A program made the position numbers and the translations under genes. This document shows, piece after piece, positions 13,251 to 25,430 of a stretch of 64,000 nt of DNA. The notes beneath the pieces were generated by a model that saw nothing but the letters and a program-made list of their open reading frames with translations, had not been told where the DNA came from and did not search any database. Origin of the DNA: Camelus ferus (taxonomy: Eukaryota); assembly GCF_009834535.1 (NCBI RefSeq), contig NC_045698.1, forward strand, positions 6,140,001-6,204,000, written 5' to 3'. How positions within the stretch are numbered: position 1 is the stretch's first letter; the number at the start of each line of letters is the position of its first letter.

Positions 13251-13251
13251 T

Positions 13252-13656
13252 TGTATTCTTTCATGAGATGATCAGTCAGGCACAACCACAAGAGGAGACA
13301 CAGGAGACATGGAGGGCAATGAAGTTTGTTGCATTCACAGGTCCTAGAGAGGCAGAGTAACCTCACGCCACGAGGGGCCGCGTGGAGGGAAAGACAAGAA
13401 AGCCAGCTCAACCCAGCCGAGAGCGAGCACCCCTGCGGCAGTGCCTTTAACGGGGGCAGGGCGAAGTTCACGAGCAAAGCCCCGAAGGGGTTTCACTGGT
13501 GCATGCGAATGTCGCTAGGTCACAGTCAGGGAGAACAAGAGGGGACCCTGTGGCAGGACCCCCTACCACACAGGTGCACCTGTTCACCTGGGATGGGTAG
13601 TCACAGGCTGAGGGGAGGTGGAGGCATTAGGAAAATACTGTAAATTAAAATTTACA
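13252..13656 (-). mobile_element. ERV LTR (ERVL group, MER54/MER74-like)
   Basis: TG...CA termini (minus strand starts tgtaaattttaatttacag and ends aagaataca), 405 bp; family name from memory. Confidence 0.65.
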
Positions 13657-13836
13657 GCACGATCAGCCTTGTGGTGCCTCAGCCCCAACAGGACTAACTG
13701 GGATGAAAACTCCTGCCGCTGGGGCAGTGGGACAGGGCCCCGAAGGCAGGCTTGGTAGAGACGACAGCTGGGAAGGGTCCTGTTAAGCTCACGACGAGGG
13801 TTTGGTTCCCACGTTGCGCCGTGTGGGAAGACTGCG

Positions 13837-14200
13837 TCAGGCTCCCCGGGGATTAAGGGAATCTGTTGGAAGATCTGTTACGTTATGAAAGGCCTTAATT
13901 CCTTGGCCCAGGCCTCGTGCCCTGGCCTGCACCCGCCCAGAGTTGTAATGCACATACAGCAGGAGGTGCCCTGAATGGCACAACACCCCGCCTCCCACTT
14001 CTCTGGCTAGTAAATAGTCAAGAACCAGTCTCTTATCCACGGCCCCATGGCCCCTGGGGCTCCCAGCAAGTACGGGGGAAATGTCTGCAGTCCAGAGCTG
14101 CCAAGAGGGTTGGTATAACCAAGAACTCTCCTGACATATGTCAGCCTGGCCACTTTCCTCGCCAGGGCCCCCTCCCTGTGCCACAGAAGCAGAGGATCCC
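13837..14200 (-). pseudogene. env: ERV env transmembrane-subunit remnant
   Basis: ISD-like DKRLVLDYLLA (14005-14037), then CAIQGTSCC = CX6CC in the +1 frame (13956-13982), then NSGRVQ; lies just 5' of the LTR on the same strand. Confidence 0.85.
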
Positions 14201-14214
14201 CAAGCAGGCTCTGG

Positions 14215-14410
14215 AGATACGCCAGGTTTGAAACCTCTGTTCGTCACCTCTGGATGTGACCTTGGCGATTACTGAGCCTCCCCAAGCCCCACCTTTGTCA
14301 TCTCTGAGCTGGGCATAATGTGTAGCATCCACCTTCTTGTGTGACCAGGAGAATCAAATGAGCCAGCATATTTAACTGCTTACAGTAACAGTGGGCATAT
14401 AGTTAGGACC
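14215..14410 (+). mobile_element. MIR fragment
   Basis: ggtttgaaacctctg...tgtgaccttggcgattactgagcc...gagaatcaaatgag. Confidence 0.65.
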
Positions 14411-15559
14411 AGAAATCTGTACTTTTCCCAGGGTAATTACAGCTCCTGACATTTATCTGAGAGGGGAAAATTTAGAGGAAAAACAAGCCATCATAAAACA
14501 TTGACTTAGAGGCACAAAATTTTAGAACAGAAAGAATTCTAGATGTACTGTCTGATCCAAGCTCTTCATATTCTGAAACCAGGAGGAAATTATTTGTTTT
14601 GTATTGCATGCCCTCGGTGGGTTAGCAGCAGTAGCAGGCTGGAGTCAAAAACAGAACTGAATGCCCTTTTCACAGAGCTGAGACCTCTCGCTACAGATGA
14701 TTCTTGCAGAATCCAAGTGGAGAATTTATTTGAAAACCACCAAGGAGTGTCAGGGGAACAGACCAGGGTGACAACGTGTGCATTCTGATTAGATTCTTTT
14801 GCTTATTTTTTCTCTCTTATAACTCATTATTTTTATTTCTAGTTTTCTACCTATGATGAAGAAAATGCTTATTATCAACTGTTCCACATTGTGAGGAGAC
14901 AATAAATTATTTATAAACATCTTCTAAATCTCAGCCTAGATAAAGAAAGACCATCTAAGTCATTTACCATCAAAGCTGTTACCCTCTGCGGCACACCACG
15001 TTGTGATAAGTCTACGAACGTCACGAGACAGAGTCTGGTGTTGCCTGTTGGGTTCAACAGGTCTTGGAACCCTCCAGATAAGAAAGGCTTAAAAAAAAAA
15101 CTCTCAAACCCAGGACACACACACAATTACACCAAGAAAATAGTCAAAATTGGATGGTCTAGTTCTAATTCTAGCCATTTACCAAGAGTGTTCTAAATAA
15201 AATGGGCAAATTCTTATATGATGCATCAGAATTGCCCTTTAAAAGTCAAAGATTTCCTTTTGCCTCCATGGAAATAAAATTTTAATTTGTGTGTCCCTAG
15301 AAGCAGAAGACTGGAGGAAAGAGTGACTATGTAAAGGGCTGGCTTTCCTGAGTTGAGATTACTGACATAAGCTTAGGTCGAATGAAACTGTATCTCTTAC
15401 CCCAGATACACAAATTACAAATGTTTTGAGTTTCACCATTGCCAGGGTGTGGTGAGTTTTTGCTTCCCAGGCGGTTGCTAAGGTGTTATTTGGTCCTGTG
15501 CACACGCTGGGTCTATTCCTCGCTCCGCGGCCCAGTTTGTTTGGTTGGCTCAGTTTATT

Positions 15560-15830
15560 CCTATTGTTTCTAAACATCAAGTTCAAGTCTCATTTCCTCC
15601 AAGACACGCTTGCTGATCCTCACTGGAAAGGGCTGGGGGTTCTTCTAGGTGAGACCCTGTTCAACTGCTGCCATAGTGATTATCACACCACGCCTTCATT
15701 GTTCTGTCCGTCTGTCCTGAGCAGGGAGCAGCTAGAGCACAGGGACTGAGCCTTCCATCCCTGTCTCCCCGGCACCGGACACAACTCCTGAGGCCTAGTG
15801 GATCTTCAGTGGATGTTCAGAGAAGACCTG
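15560..15830 (+). mobile_element. L2 3' end
   Basis: gagcacagggactgagccttccatccctgtctccccggcacc...cctagtggatcttcagtggatgtt. Confidence 0.6.
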
Positions 15831-17329
15831 AATCAATTAAACTCCAGCCCTTTCTGCTCTCTGATGCCATCAGGGCACGTGCTGGCTTCCACACCAACCC
15901 TTTATTATCCTCTCATGAAGGAGCATTAGAATGCAAGTAAGGGAGGGTCACATTCTAAGAATAGCACTCAATCTACTTTGATGAATAATAAGCAAAGGGA
16001 TAGTATTCAGCCATTCTAACTGGTAACAAATGGCTTGTAACATCTCATGTCAGATTATAATTTATAGATGTTTTCCAATCTGGAGTTGATTAACTAGTAC
16101 CTGTGCACCAGGAAAAAGAAAGTTCCATGGAACAAATATGTCCCCAAAACACATGAAGACACAAATGTAATCCTGACTCATGACAGCTGTACCTGTATCA
16201 TTGGCACCAGGTGCTTCCCAAGCTACCCATGTTGAACACAAAGATACCTAGAAGGGAAGCGAGAAGAACTCCCAAGAAACCCACGTTAAATGTTACTTCA
16301 CAATAATACAGGTGTATCTGCCTATAGAAATACATGGTGACTCCTCTCCAAGGCATGCTAAGTGCTAAACATAACGGGGCAAGAGTAAATTTAAGAACTA
16401 CTTACTGCTTCCATTAAATCCAAGTAGATTTATTTGGTAGCCAGGTCTACCCTGATTTCCTGCTTGCGATTTTTGTTTAAAAGAATATAACTGTTTACTC
16501 ATACTATAAACTCAGATCATAGTCTTAGTTCACAGAACTACAACGGAAGTTGAGTAAAATCAGTTGAGGAATTGACATCAAAAAGAAACTTGATGAGATG
16601 AAATCTAAGCTGAAAAGGAATGTTATGACTTTCTTCCATGATTATTAGTGAAACGTCTTCCATGTGCGTACCTAATGAACACCCATCGGAGGGCTCCAAC
16701 CTGTGTGACGTTGTCTCCTGGAAGTCAGGTGTGTGAGGGCACCAACCAGGAGACACCAACCCCACTAAGAAAGAGCCAGATGCCAGTGCAGGTTTTCAGA
16801 AGCAACGCCAGCAAAGAGAGATGATGCTTTTAAAAACAAAATGCTCTATGTTGTAACAATTTTTAAACATCTCCTTTCTCACTGGAGGTCAATGCTGATG
16901 GCATCTCCCACAGTAATTCGGTCTTATGAAACTCCAGTTTAATGCTCAGTTGTGTTGTGGTACCTTCGCTACCACACTGTGTGAAGGTGCAGACCACACA
17001 GCAGGAACTGGGTGGGGAACATAAAGACTGAGACTCCAGCCTGGCCCCCATACGCACTTGGGTACAGGAAGATCTCTGCACTAAGTACCTTCCAGTGATG
17101 AGAAGAAGTGAGGACCCACAACCCAGAGAGTCCACCCAAGAGAAACATCTGCCAAGATTCACTGGGGTGTTTGAAACAGAGGCCAGCATGAGAAGTGGAC
17201 ATTGACAAGGGCATGAAGGATGATTTAAAACATCAGATATGACAACCAGGGTGCAGCTTTACTTTTATTGTTACAATACTGTGCTAATCAAAGTCCATGA
17301 GCAACATATGCCTACATCCTAACGCTAAA

Positions 17330-17650
17330 GGAGATGCACAGGAGTGAAGGCAACTGACTTATTCAATTAAGTTGCAATAATTTATCTGAGATATCAAGGC
17401 CTCACTTTCATTTGTTTCTGGATGAGGTAAATCATAAGAACATTCCTTTTCTACACTGATATCCCCTATGGATCCCTGTCCAAGCCCATGTGAGCAAATC
17501 TTCAGTATCAGAGCAGTGACCAGCTTTCTGTGAATGGGAGACACTGGCTCAAAGACAATTGATGAGTGTGTGAGGGACTTGCACATCAATGCCTCAGTCT
17601 TTCGTGTAAAACCCATCAACGTCACACAGAAGACATCCAATTAAACATAT
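17330..17650 (+). mobile_element. Possible ancient non-LTR retrotransposon RT remnant (RTE/L4-like)
   Basis: Frameshifted motifs in RT order: DEVNH (17421), YG (17467), SVNG (17527), CTSMPQSF (17580; compare GCxLSPxLF). Confidence 0.3.
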
Positions 17651-19971
17651 CAAGGATATAATAGAAAGCAACGTTCTACATATAACAGGAAATGTGCCAA
17701 CGCTCTTAGGAAGATAGAACCCATCTGTTTTACTCTGAAATTACTGGCTGAAAAAAAGAAAGAAAACACGAGAAAGGAAAAGGGAGAGATGAGAGCAGTT
17801 CATTATATTTGGATTTTTAATTCATGTTTATTTTTGTATACTGTTGGGTAGATTTGTACCTATTGAAATATGGAGTTGGTCCACTATTTAATGAATAATA
17901 GTTATATTATGAGACCATGCAGAGATTTCATTAAGGACTTTGTTCTTTTTATCCTACAAGCACTGAAAAAAATTATTGAAAGCTTTTATTAAGGGCAAGA
18001 TGTGATTAAATTTACTTCTAAATCTACAAGACCATTCCCCATTGAGTACAGAAAATGGATTAGAGGATCAAGAATAGCTGTGTTGTCCAATTGGACTATT
18101 CCCATGTTTCTCTTTGACATTAAATGTCATGATTCTAAGATGAGAGTCTCCAAACATCCTTTTTGACTTGTGTACAGTGGCCGCTGCTGCCAGGGTGCCA
18201 GGAGTTGACGTCCACGAAGAAGAGGCAGAACCGAGTCAGGGTCCCACTGCTCCTAGAGATTGTGACCCCACTCTGTCATTATTTGGTATTGGCTGTTCTT
18301 TCTTTTCTGAACAGTGCATATAATGCCTGTCCTTTATCTATGCAAATCAGTATAGGTACCATATATAATGATATAGTTGATCCTACCGGAAGAATATTCC
18401 TCCTGATTTGTCTCTTTATGGATTTTCATTTTTATAACCTCCATGGTTTTAAGGTTAAACCCAGAGCCAAAGAGAAAATACCTGGTAATGTTGAGAGAGA
18501 CATTTTACTATCATTGTCATTTCTAACATTTTAAGAAGCCAAGATATTTTTGTTTCCGAGAAAAACAGCACCTGCAGCAGGGACTCTTGCCCTGAGTTTT
18601 TCTTACCGATTTTAAAAACAGACGCCCAGAAGGATTTTTCAAACCTCTTGCCTGAAGAATGTGAGGGAGGAGTGCAGGTCCACGTATTAACGACACTTCT
18701 GGACAATTACCCGGGCCACCTGCACAGGGCTTGTCTTCGTCTCTCTACACCAACACCCGTGGACATGCGCTGGTTTTCCTCTGGACTCAGAAAGGCAATG
18801 CAACATTCTCATCTGTTTGGCGTGTGCTGCAAAGAATTGAGAAGGAAAGAAGGAAGGCAAAACTAAGATTTCTCATTGAGCACTAGGGTGTTTTTCATTA
18901 TAAGGTCACTATATTCAGATGATGAAAATTCCTCTATATTTTGCTTTATGGTGATCCTGCTTTGTGTCCAGTGAGAAAGGCATCTCCTATAGCAAAGCTG
19001 ACAATCAATGTTTCAGCTTAAGCTCCTGTGATTTATTAGTTATTGAATAGAAACCAGTTTGATGTTTCTGAGGAAATACTGAAATTAATCAATGTGATGC
19101 TTAGATTAAAAAAGAAACAGACTTCCAAACTGGTGTATCAGGAGTCATGGAATTTAATAGAAGTGAAGAGCTTTTAGTGAATACTAGAGCCAAATTTAAA
19201 TATATGCACCCTGATGTAGCTGAAGAGTCTGTTTTTGGGATGTAAGGAAAATGCAAGTGCAGTATTGTGGCACACTACTGATACAGGGCCTAGAAACATG
19301 AAGAAAAGAAGAAAGATTTCATATGTACATTTAAATGTACCAATTTAGACATTAAGAGAGGAGACACATTGAAGGAAACCAAAGCAATGTAATTGCCAGT
19401 CAATAGATTATAAATTAAATCCTCAACTAAGAGAGGCTGGGCTGTTAGCAGGAACAAAATTCTAACCGCTTACCACCTGGTGTGCTCAGTTTACTTGCAG
19501 TCAGCTTCAGTGTCATGAAGATACAGGTGTAATCTATCCTTTGAATTACGTCACAACCATTTGTTGAAAAGTCAAGTTTCATCAATAAGAAAAAAAATTA
19601 AACCCCCATTTAAACAGAGAGTTAAAGTAAAGCTAAAAATAAGAATATTTCTCATATTGCTCTAAATATACCACAACCATTTTATTTTATTTTATTTTTT
19701 TATTCACTATCTTCATATGATTTTGGACAACTTGTCTATATTCTGAAACAAGAAGATGAATTTGAAGCTTGTGGGAGCCTTTGGCATCTTGTCTACACTC
19801 AGCAGAAAAACCATTGCCACTGAGGCAAATTTGCTACCCCTAAACACACTTCTTGCAGCTGCATGTTGTAGTCAAGAAGGTAAGAATGTTGCTTAGTGGA
19901 AGATAAACCTCGCTGCTTAGATATTCCAATTGCTGTGGAAGATATAAAGAATAAAATAAACACAGGTACTC

Positions 19972-20500
19972 TATGCATTTTACTATTGCTGCCTATAACA
20001 AATTACCACAAATGTAGAAGCTTAAAATAACAAATTTATTATCTCACAGCTCTTGAGGTTGGAAATCCAGTTGGAAATCCAGTTGGTTTGGCTGATATTT
20101 TGTTTCTAGTCTCACAAGTCTGGAGCCGAGGGGTCAGCAGGGCTGTGCTCCTTGCTGGAGGCTGTGGCGCATCCTCTCCCAGGCTCATGCTGCCTGTGGG
20201 CAGAATTCAGTTCCAGGTGGGTGCAGCACTGTGGTCCCAATTTCCTTGCCAGCTTTTGCCTGGAGGTCATTCTCCGCTTCCAGAAGACACCTGAATTCCC
20301 CGGCTCATGACCACCTTCATCTTTAAAGCCGACGTCAAATCCCTCTCCGGCTTCAAATTTCTGACATTCCTGCCTGCCTCAGTTGAAGAAAGTTTCTCAG
20401 CTTTTAAGGGCTCATGTGATCTGATTGGTCCTACCTGGATAGTCCAGGTAATCAACCCATCATTAGGTCCATAAATTTAATTAGGTCTGGTAAATACTCT
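19972..20500 (-). mobile_element. MLT1C/D-like MaLR LTR
   Basis: attgctgcctataacaaattaccacaaa...tttattatctcacagctct...ttttaagggctcatgtgat. Confidence 0.85.
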
Positions 20501-21439
20501 TTATAAAAACATGTACATTTCTTTAATTTTTAAAAATATGCACAAGAGAAGCCATGAGTTTTCTGCAGGAATGTATGCATTAACAGAGTATTTCATACAG
20601 CTTTCCAAAACTAGTGTATCAGTCCAAAATTTCTTAATTAGATACATCATAATTTTTTAAGTTAACTTGAAATCCCTAAAACTACTGGACATCTAGACTT
20701 TTTTTCCAAAATCAAATTGAACAGAGAATCTGAATACAGTTTGTGTTAAATATGGTTTATTTTTAGCTTTATTGTTTATATCCTATGAATGTACATTTAT
20801 TGTACCTTTGCAAACAGGATACATTTCTTAAAAAACTGATCAAAATTTTCCATACTTGTAGCTCCATCTGACAGATTACTGTCAACGCTATTCTACTTAC
20901 ATAATTATAGAACCCAAGAGCACTGGGACTAGCAAAGGGAATACAACTGAATGGAACAAAGTCACAGGATGCAGAGCTTGCGGTGCAGACATCTTTGTGG
21001 GGCCATTATTCTTCCTAGCTTAGGTATGGTTTTCAAATAATACAGGAGGTTCAACAATTACCCCAATATAAGTTTCTGCTATTTTGGAATAAAATATTAG
21101 AATTTTGAATTTGAACTATTTGGAGTTACTTAGTACCAAATTATATTGCTTAGGAATTTTGGTAAACAGATAAGTCTCATATTGGTCTGTTACTTATGTC
21201 TCCCACTCCACATGTACACATGACTTGTGTATTTGTATTACATATAAAATATTATATATGGCATATAAATGCACATTAAAGGTATGAAGTAATGGTCACT
21301 GGATTTTTCTTATATGTATTGGATATTTCAATTTCTGATGATTAATTACTTTTTCTTTTCACAGCTCTTTGATGTTTGTTTTGTTTTTCTTGATTTTTGG
21401 GTTGAATGATTACCATTTATTTTCTAAGTCATTAGTAAA

Positions 21440-21522
21440 ACTTTTTTTTGCGTTTTTAAATTTATTTTTATTTTAATTGAAGTATAGTCAGTTTATAATG
21501 TGTCAATTTCTGGCGCACAGCA
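21440..21522 (-). mobile_element. Very short lineage-specific L1 3' end
   Basis: T-rich tail then ttgaagtatagtcagtttataatgtgtcaatttctgg, similar to the L1 3' ends at 29.3, 30.1 and 51.5 kb. Confidence 0.75.
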
Positions 21523-22630
21523 AAGGCAGCTTCATTGTGGGAGAAAACTGTGCAATAAACCTGAAGTTGATCTTTTCCTCTACGTCTTTCCACCTGTAAT
21601 TTAGTGAGTTTTTAAAGCTTTTACAAAATGTAATGCCTTATCTCTCAACCCAAATGTTGCAATTGTAAATAGGGAAAGTTTAAATTAATAGGGAAAAACG
21701 AAAATGATTATAGTTTGAATTTTATTTATCTTTATAGTGGTCCACATTATTTTTAAGGGCATAATGCTTTTGCATTCATATTTATTAGAAGCAAATATTT
21801 AACTTCCAAATTGCAGACTAGGTTGATTTCTAAGACACGTATCCCAACAAGGCCCCACAGAAGACAGATGGTTGCAAAGCCAGAGCCAGATGCTAACGCC
21901 TGATGCTTCAGAAATCTTCATTCCAAAACAATGACTGAAAGAAAGCACCCAGCACGCCTGCCCTTCACAGGAAGCCTTTGGCTTTTCTCAGGCCACAGAG
22001 AAAATACACCAAAACCCTTAAAAGCCTGAGCGACTTTCGTTGCTCTAATAATCTGTCACACTTCACACTGGACAGGAGACAACTTCGCTCATGTCAGTCC
22101 CAGTTTCTAAACAAAGCACTGAAGTTCAGGCCACCTTATTACTAACATTTATTATGTTCCCTTCTTTTTTAAAAAGTAAATTCTTTTTTAAACAACAGCT
22201 CACAATTTCCATTCAGAATGAAAGGCTGATTTTTAACACATTTGCCACTGAAAATTTCTAATGTAAGAAATTCAGAACAAAGTAAATTGAAGTCAATCTT
22301 TTAACACATTGCTGAGTGAAGGCAAAGACTTCTGCAAAGAGAAGATTACAGCACTCAGGGTTACATGAAAAGGAACCATGAAAAGAAAATGACAGAGAGG
22401 AAATATTAAATATGAGAAAACCTGCCCTGAGCAAATAGTGTACACTGATTTCTTGATATCGTAGCATTTCCAGTATCATTTGTAAAAACGTTCTACAAAT
22501 TGCGCTTAATGTTTTGAAAGAAATTCAAAAGATTTAGGCAAATTTGAGAAGAAAATGTGCTTGGCTTTGGTACCAGAATTGGCCTCATAGCTTCAGATCC
22601 CAAGTCTCTGCCAGGCTGTGAGCCCTCCTC

Positions 22631-22704
22631 TGACATCACCCAAGTGTGTGACGTCAGCGAGCTGCAGCTAGAGTGACGTCACTTGGAGCAGTATAAGGGT
22701 GAGT
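22631..22704 (+). promoter_or_regulatory. Triple CRE cluster with TATA-like motif and splice donor
   Basis: TGACATCA 22631-22638, TGACGTCA 22649-22656 and 22674-22681, TATAAG 22692-22697, AGG|GTGAGT donor (GT at 22699). Confidence 0.6.
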
Positions 22705-22949
22705 CTGTCGCTCCATCCTCACTCACTGGGGATGAGGTCGCACAAACCAGTATGTGGTGGCACAGATTTTTCAGCCTCACCGTGACAGGCAGTGGGTGAC
22801 GGGGATACCAAGGTGTGGGGTCTCAGAGGGGCCCCAGTACAATCCACTGGTTCCCCCACCCAGGCTCTGTCTCAGTCGGGGAGCCAATGAGCAGAGGCCT
22901 CATCAGAGCATCACCCTTACACCTGATAGAGGCTCCTGGAGAGAAAAGG

Positions 22950-23210
22950 AGGCTCTGCGAACCCGGGAACCGGCGCCTCTCCCTCCTCCCGCCCAGGCCA
23001 AGGGCAGGGCAGCGCAGCAAACTCGCTGGGGCAGGCAGGTGCCCCAAACAGGATGGGACAAGGCTGCGCGGAACCGCTCGCTCAACTCACTGGTCCCAGG
23101 GTTCCTGCTAGACACGGCTCTTCCCTGGGCACAGGGAGGAGAGTGGAGAGAAGCCAGGAATCACTAACGGAGCGCCCGTCCCGAGACGGAAGAATCGGCG
23201 CTCTGAGTTG
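22950..23210. promoter_or_regulatory. Small CpG-rich patch
   Basis: locally high GC and CpG content with a GC-box-like cccgccc; not computed formally. Confidence 0.45.
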
Positions 23211-23214
23211 CCCA

Positions 23215-23410
23215 AACACACAGGCTTTGGGATCTGACACCCCAGACCTGGAGTCTGGACCCAGGACTTAACAGCACCTAAGGTAGGCAAGTTCCTGATT
23301 CTCATGAGATTTCAGTTTCCTCATATGTAAATACAGACACAGCTAATTATGTAGATTAAGGAATAGGAGAACAGCTATGCAAAAGACTTAGTGGTGTCTA
23401 GCACCTGTAC
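23215..23410 (+). mobile_element. MIR
   Basis: aggctttgggatctgac...ttcagtttcctcatatgtaaa...cttagtggtgtctagcac. Confidence 0.7.
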
Positions 23411-23639
23411 GTTAATGTAAAAATTGTCACCCTAAACTAAGACCCAGTATGTTCAGTCGAGCCGTGTTTTGGATGCCTATTCGCACATAAACATCTGGCT
23501 ACACACTGTTGCCCCGCGCACAGTGCCACGCCTCTTAATTCTCTCTGCATTTATGCTGATAGAAGTCAGAATATTCTGGACAAGGATAATGGCGCAGCTT
23601 CAGTCAAATACATGCAAGTGTAGCTAGGTTACAGCCAGA

Positions 23640-23975
23640 TGCATAGACTGAGTGTTCGGACCTCCCCAAAATTCGTATGTCGCAACTTAATCGCCAGTGT
23701 GATGGCGTTAGGCGGTGGGCCTTTGGGAAGTGATTAGGTCATGAGGGTGGAGTCTTCTTAAATGGGACTAGCGCCCTCCTAAGGGAGACCCCAGAGAGCC
23801 CCCTCACTCTTCTATCATGTCAGGACACAGAATTGGCCTCTGTGAACCGGGAAGCAGTCTTACTAGACTTAAAATCTGCAAGTGTCTCGATCCTGGGCTC
23901 CCCACCTTCCAAACTGTGAGAAATAAGTTCCTGTTGTTTCTGGGCTTCCCAGTGCGTGGCGTTTTTATCTTACGT
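23640..23975 (+). mobile_element. MLT1A/MST-like MaLR LTR
   Basis: ccccaaaattcgtatgt...gcctttgggaagtgattaggtcatgagggtggag...aaactgtgagaaataagttcctgttg. Confidence 0.85.
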
Positions 23976-24049
23976 AGACGATGAGAATATCATTGCCTCC
24001 CGATGAGAGAAGGCCCTCCCCGAGCACCTATGACTTTATCTCACCTCGC

Positions 24050-24840
24050 ATGATTAATATCATGTCCATCTCACGTGTCTGCTTTCTCCTCTCTGGCTGC
24101 CCCCCGTCCTTTAGCATAAAATAGGCTCAATCAGTCATCGTCTCTAAAAGAAACCTTCCCTAAACCTTCACACCAGCTCTTTCTCATGCAGTTGACTTAT
24201 CCGTACCCTTCCCCTTTCTTCCAAACTCCTACAAAGAACCATCTAGAGCCACCTACTATCTCCTTACCTCTCATTCATTGGCCAAGTTCCAAACACTGTT
24301 ACTTCCTTGAAATCAGTTTGACGTCTTTGTCGTTTTTTGGAAATTGCATTTGCCAAGGTCAAGAGTGACCTATAATTTGCCACATCCAATGAATTATCTT
24401 TTCATTCAAGAGACATTTTCTATGTAGGCTGTAAAAATGTGTTTTGGGGACTCCTTGGCCTTTCACAAGCATCAGCCTCCCCCAACGTCCTTTACTGACA
24501 GCCCTTCTTCGCAGCTCGCCTCTCAGCCCCTCGTGCCTGCCCCTCCTCCTCCGCTCTCCCATTATCTGGTGTTGCTCACAAGACTGACACGAGGCTTAAT
24601 TTCTTCTCTGTCTCTGTGCAATTTACAGATAATACTATACATCTCCATATCTTCAGCTACCACTGACAACTTTTAAATGTCTTTCAGCATTTTGACCTTT
24701 TTCTGAGGTTTAAATCTGGCTTTCCAAACTGCATAGAGAATAGTTGTAGGAAAACATCCTAAGGCAATTGAAATTTAAACTTCTGAAACCAAATCTCATT
24801 TTCTAACCCTAAACACACTCTGCTTCTCCTGTTTCCCTTA
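24050..24840 (+). mobile_element. L2 ORF2 region fragment
   Basis: CT-rich degenerate L2 text (tgccaaggtcaagagtgacctataatttgccacatccaatg). Confidence 0.6.
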
Positions 24841-25149
24841 TAAAGCCAAGGTGGTTTTGTGGATAATGGTTTATTAATTATTTTAAATCACTACCATTTG
24901 CCATAAGGAAGGTTCTATAACAGAGGAGTTCTTACTGATCTACAAAACACTCTGAGGTGGAGGTAAAACTGAGTTTATCAGTGAAAGCTGGAGTGAATTA
25001 AATGCTTAATGTAGACAAGAATTGTGTGCCCAGTGCTTTCCAAGAGAAAGAGTGAGGAATTAATACAGGGTAGGGAAGAACAGAAAAGAGCAGGTAGGTT
25101 GATAAGCTGGGGTTTGGTTTGGTACAGAGGAGTTAGTGACAGACTGTCA

Positions 25150-25430
25150 GTGTCGGGGTCGCTGAAAGGAGGCGCCGGTTACTGTAAGTTTCCACTTGTC
25201 CTGCCACCGGGTGACCCCACCCCTGGGCTCTGGGCACTGCCTCTGCTGTTGAGCCTCCAGCCTGCAGGGGAGCAAAGTCCTGTCCTGGGTAGCCCGCCCC
25301 TGGGTGGCCTCACCAACGCCTTCAGATTCCCAAATTTTCCATCACATGCATAAGCAACGCTGTGTAAATCTCCCCTGTGTTAAATACACCAAAGGGTTTC
25401 CTTTTTCTCGTTTAAACCCTTCACTGATAA
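25150..25430 (+). mobile_element. LTR33-like ERVL LTR 3' part
   Basis: gggctctgggcactgcctctgctg...taaatctcccctgtgttaaatacacc...ctgata. Confidence 0.5.

Noticed and set aside
13837..14247. Env ORF as a captured syncytin-like gene
   Set aside because: Only a TM fragment; the CX6CC is out of frame, there is no SU or furin site, and the ORF start runs into a MIR
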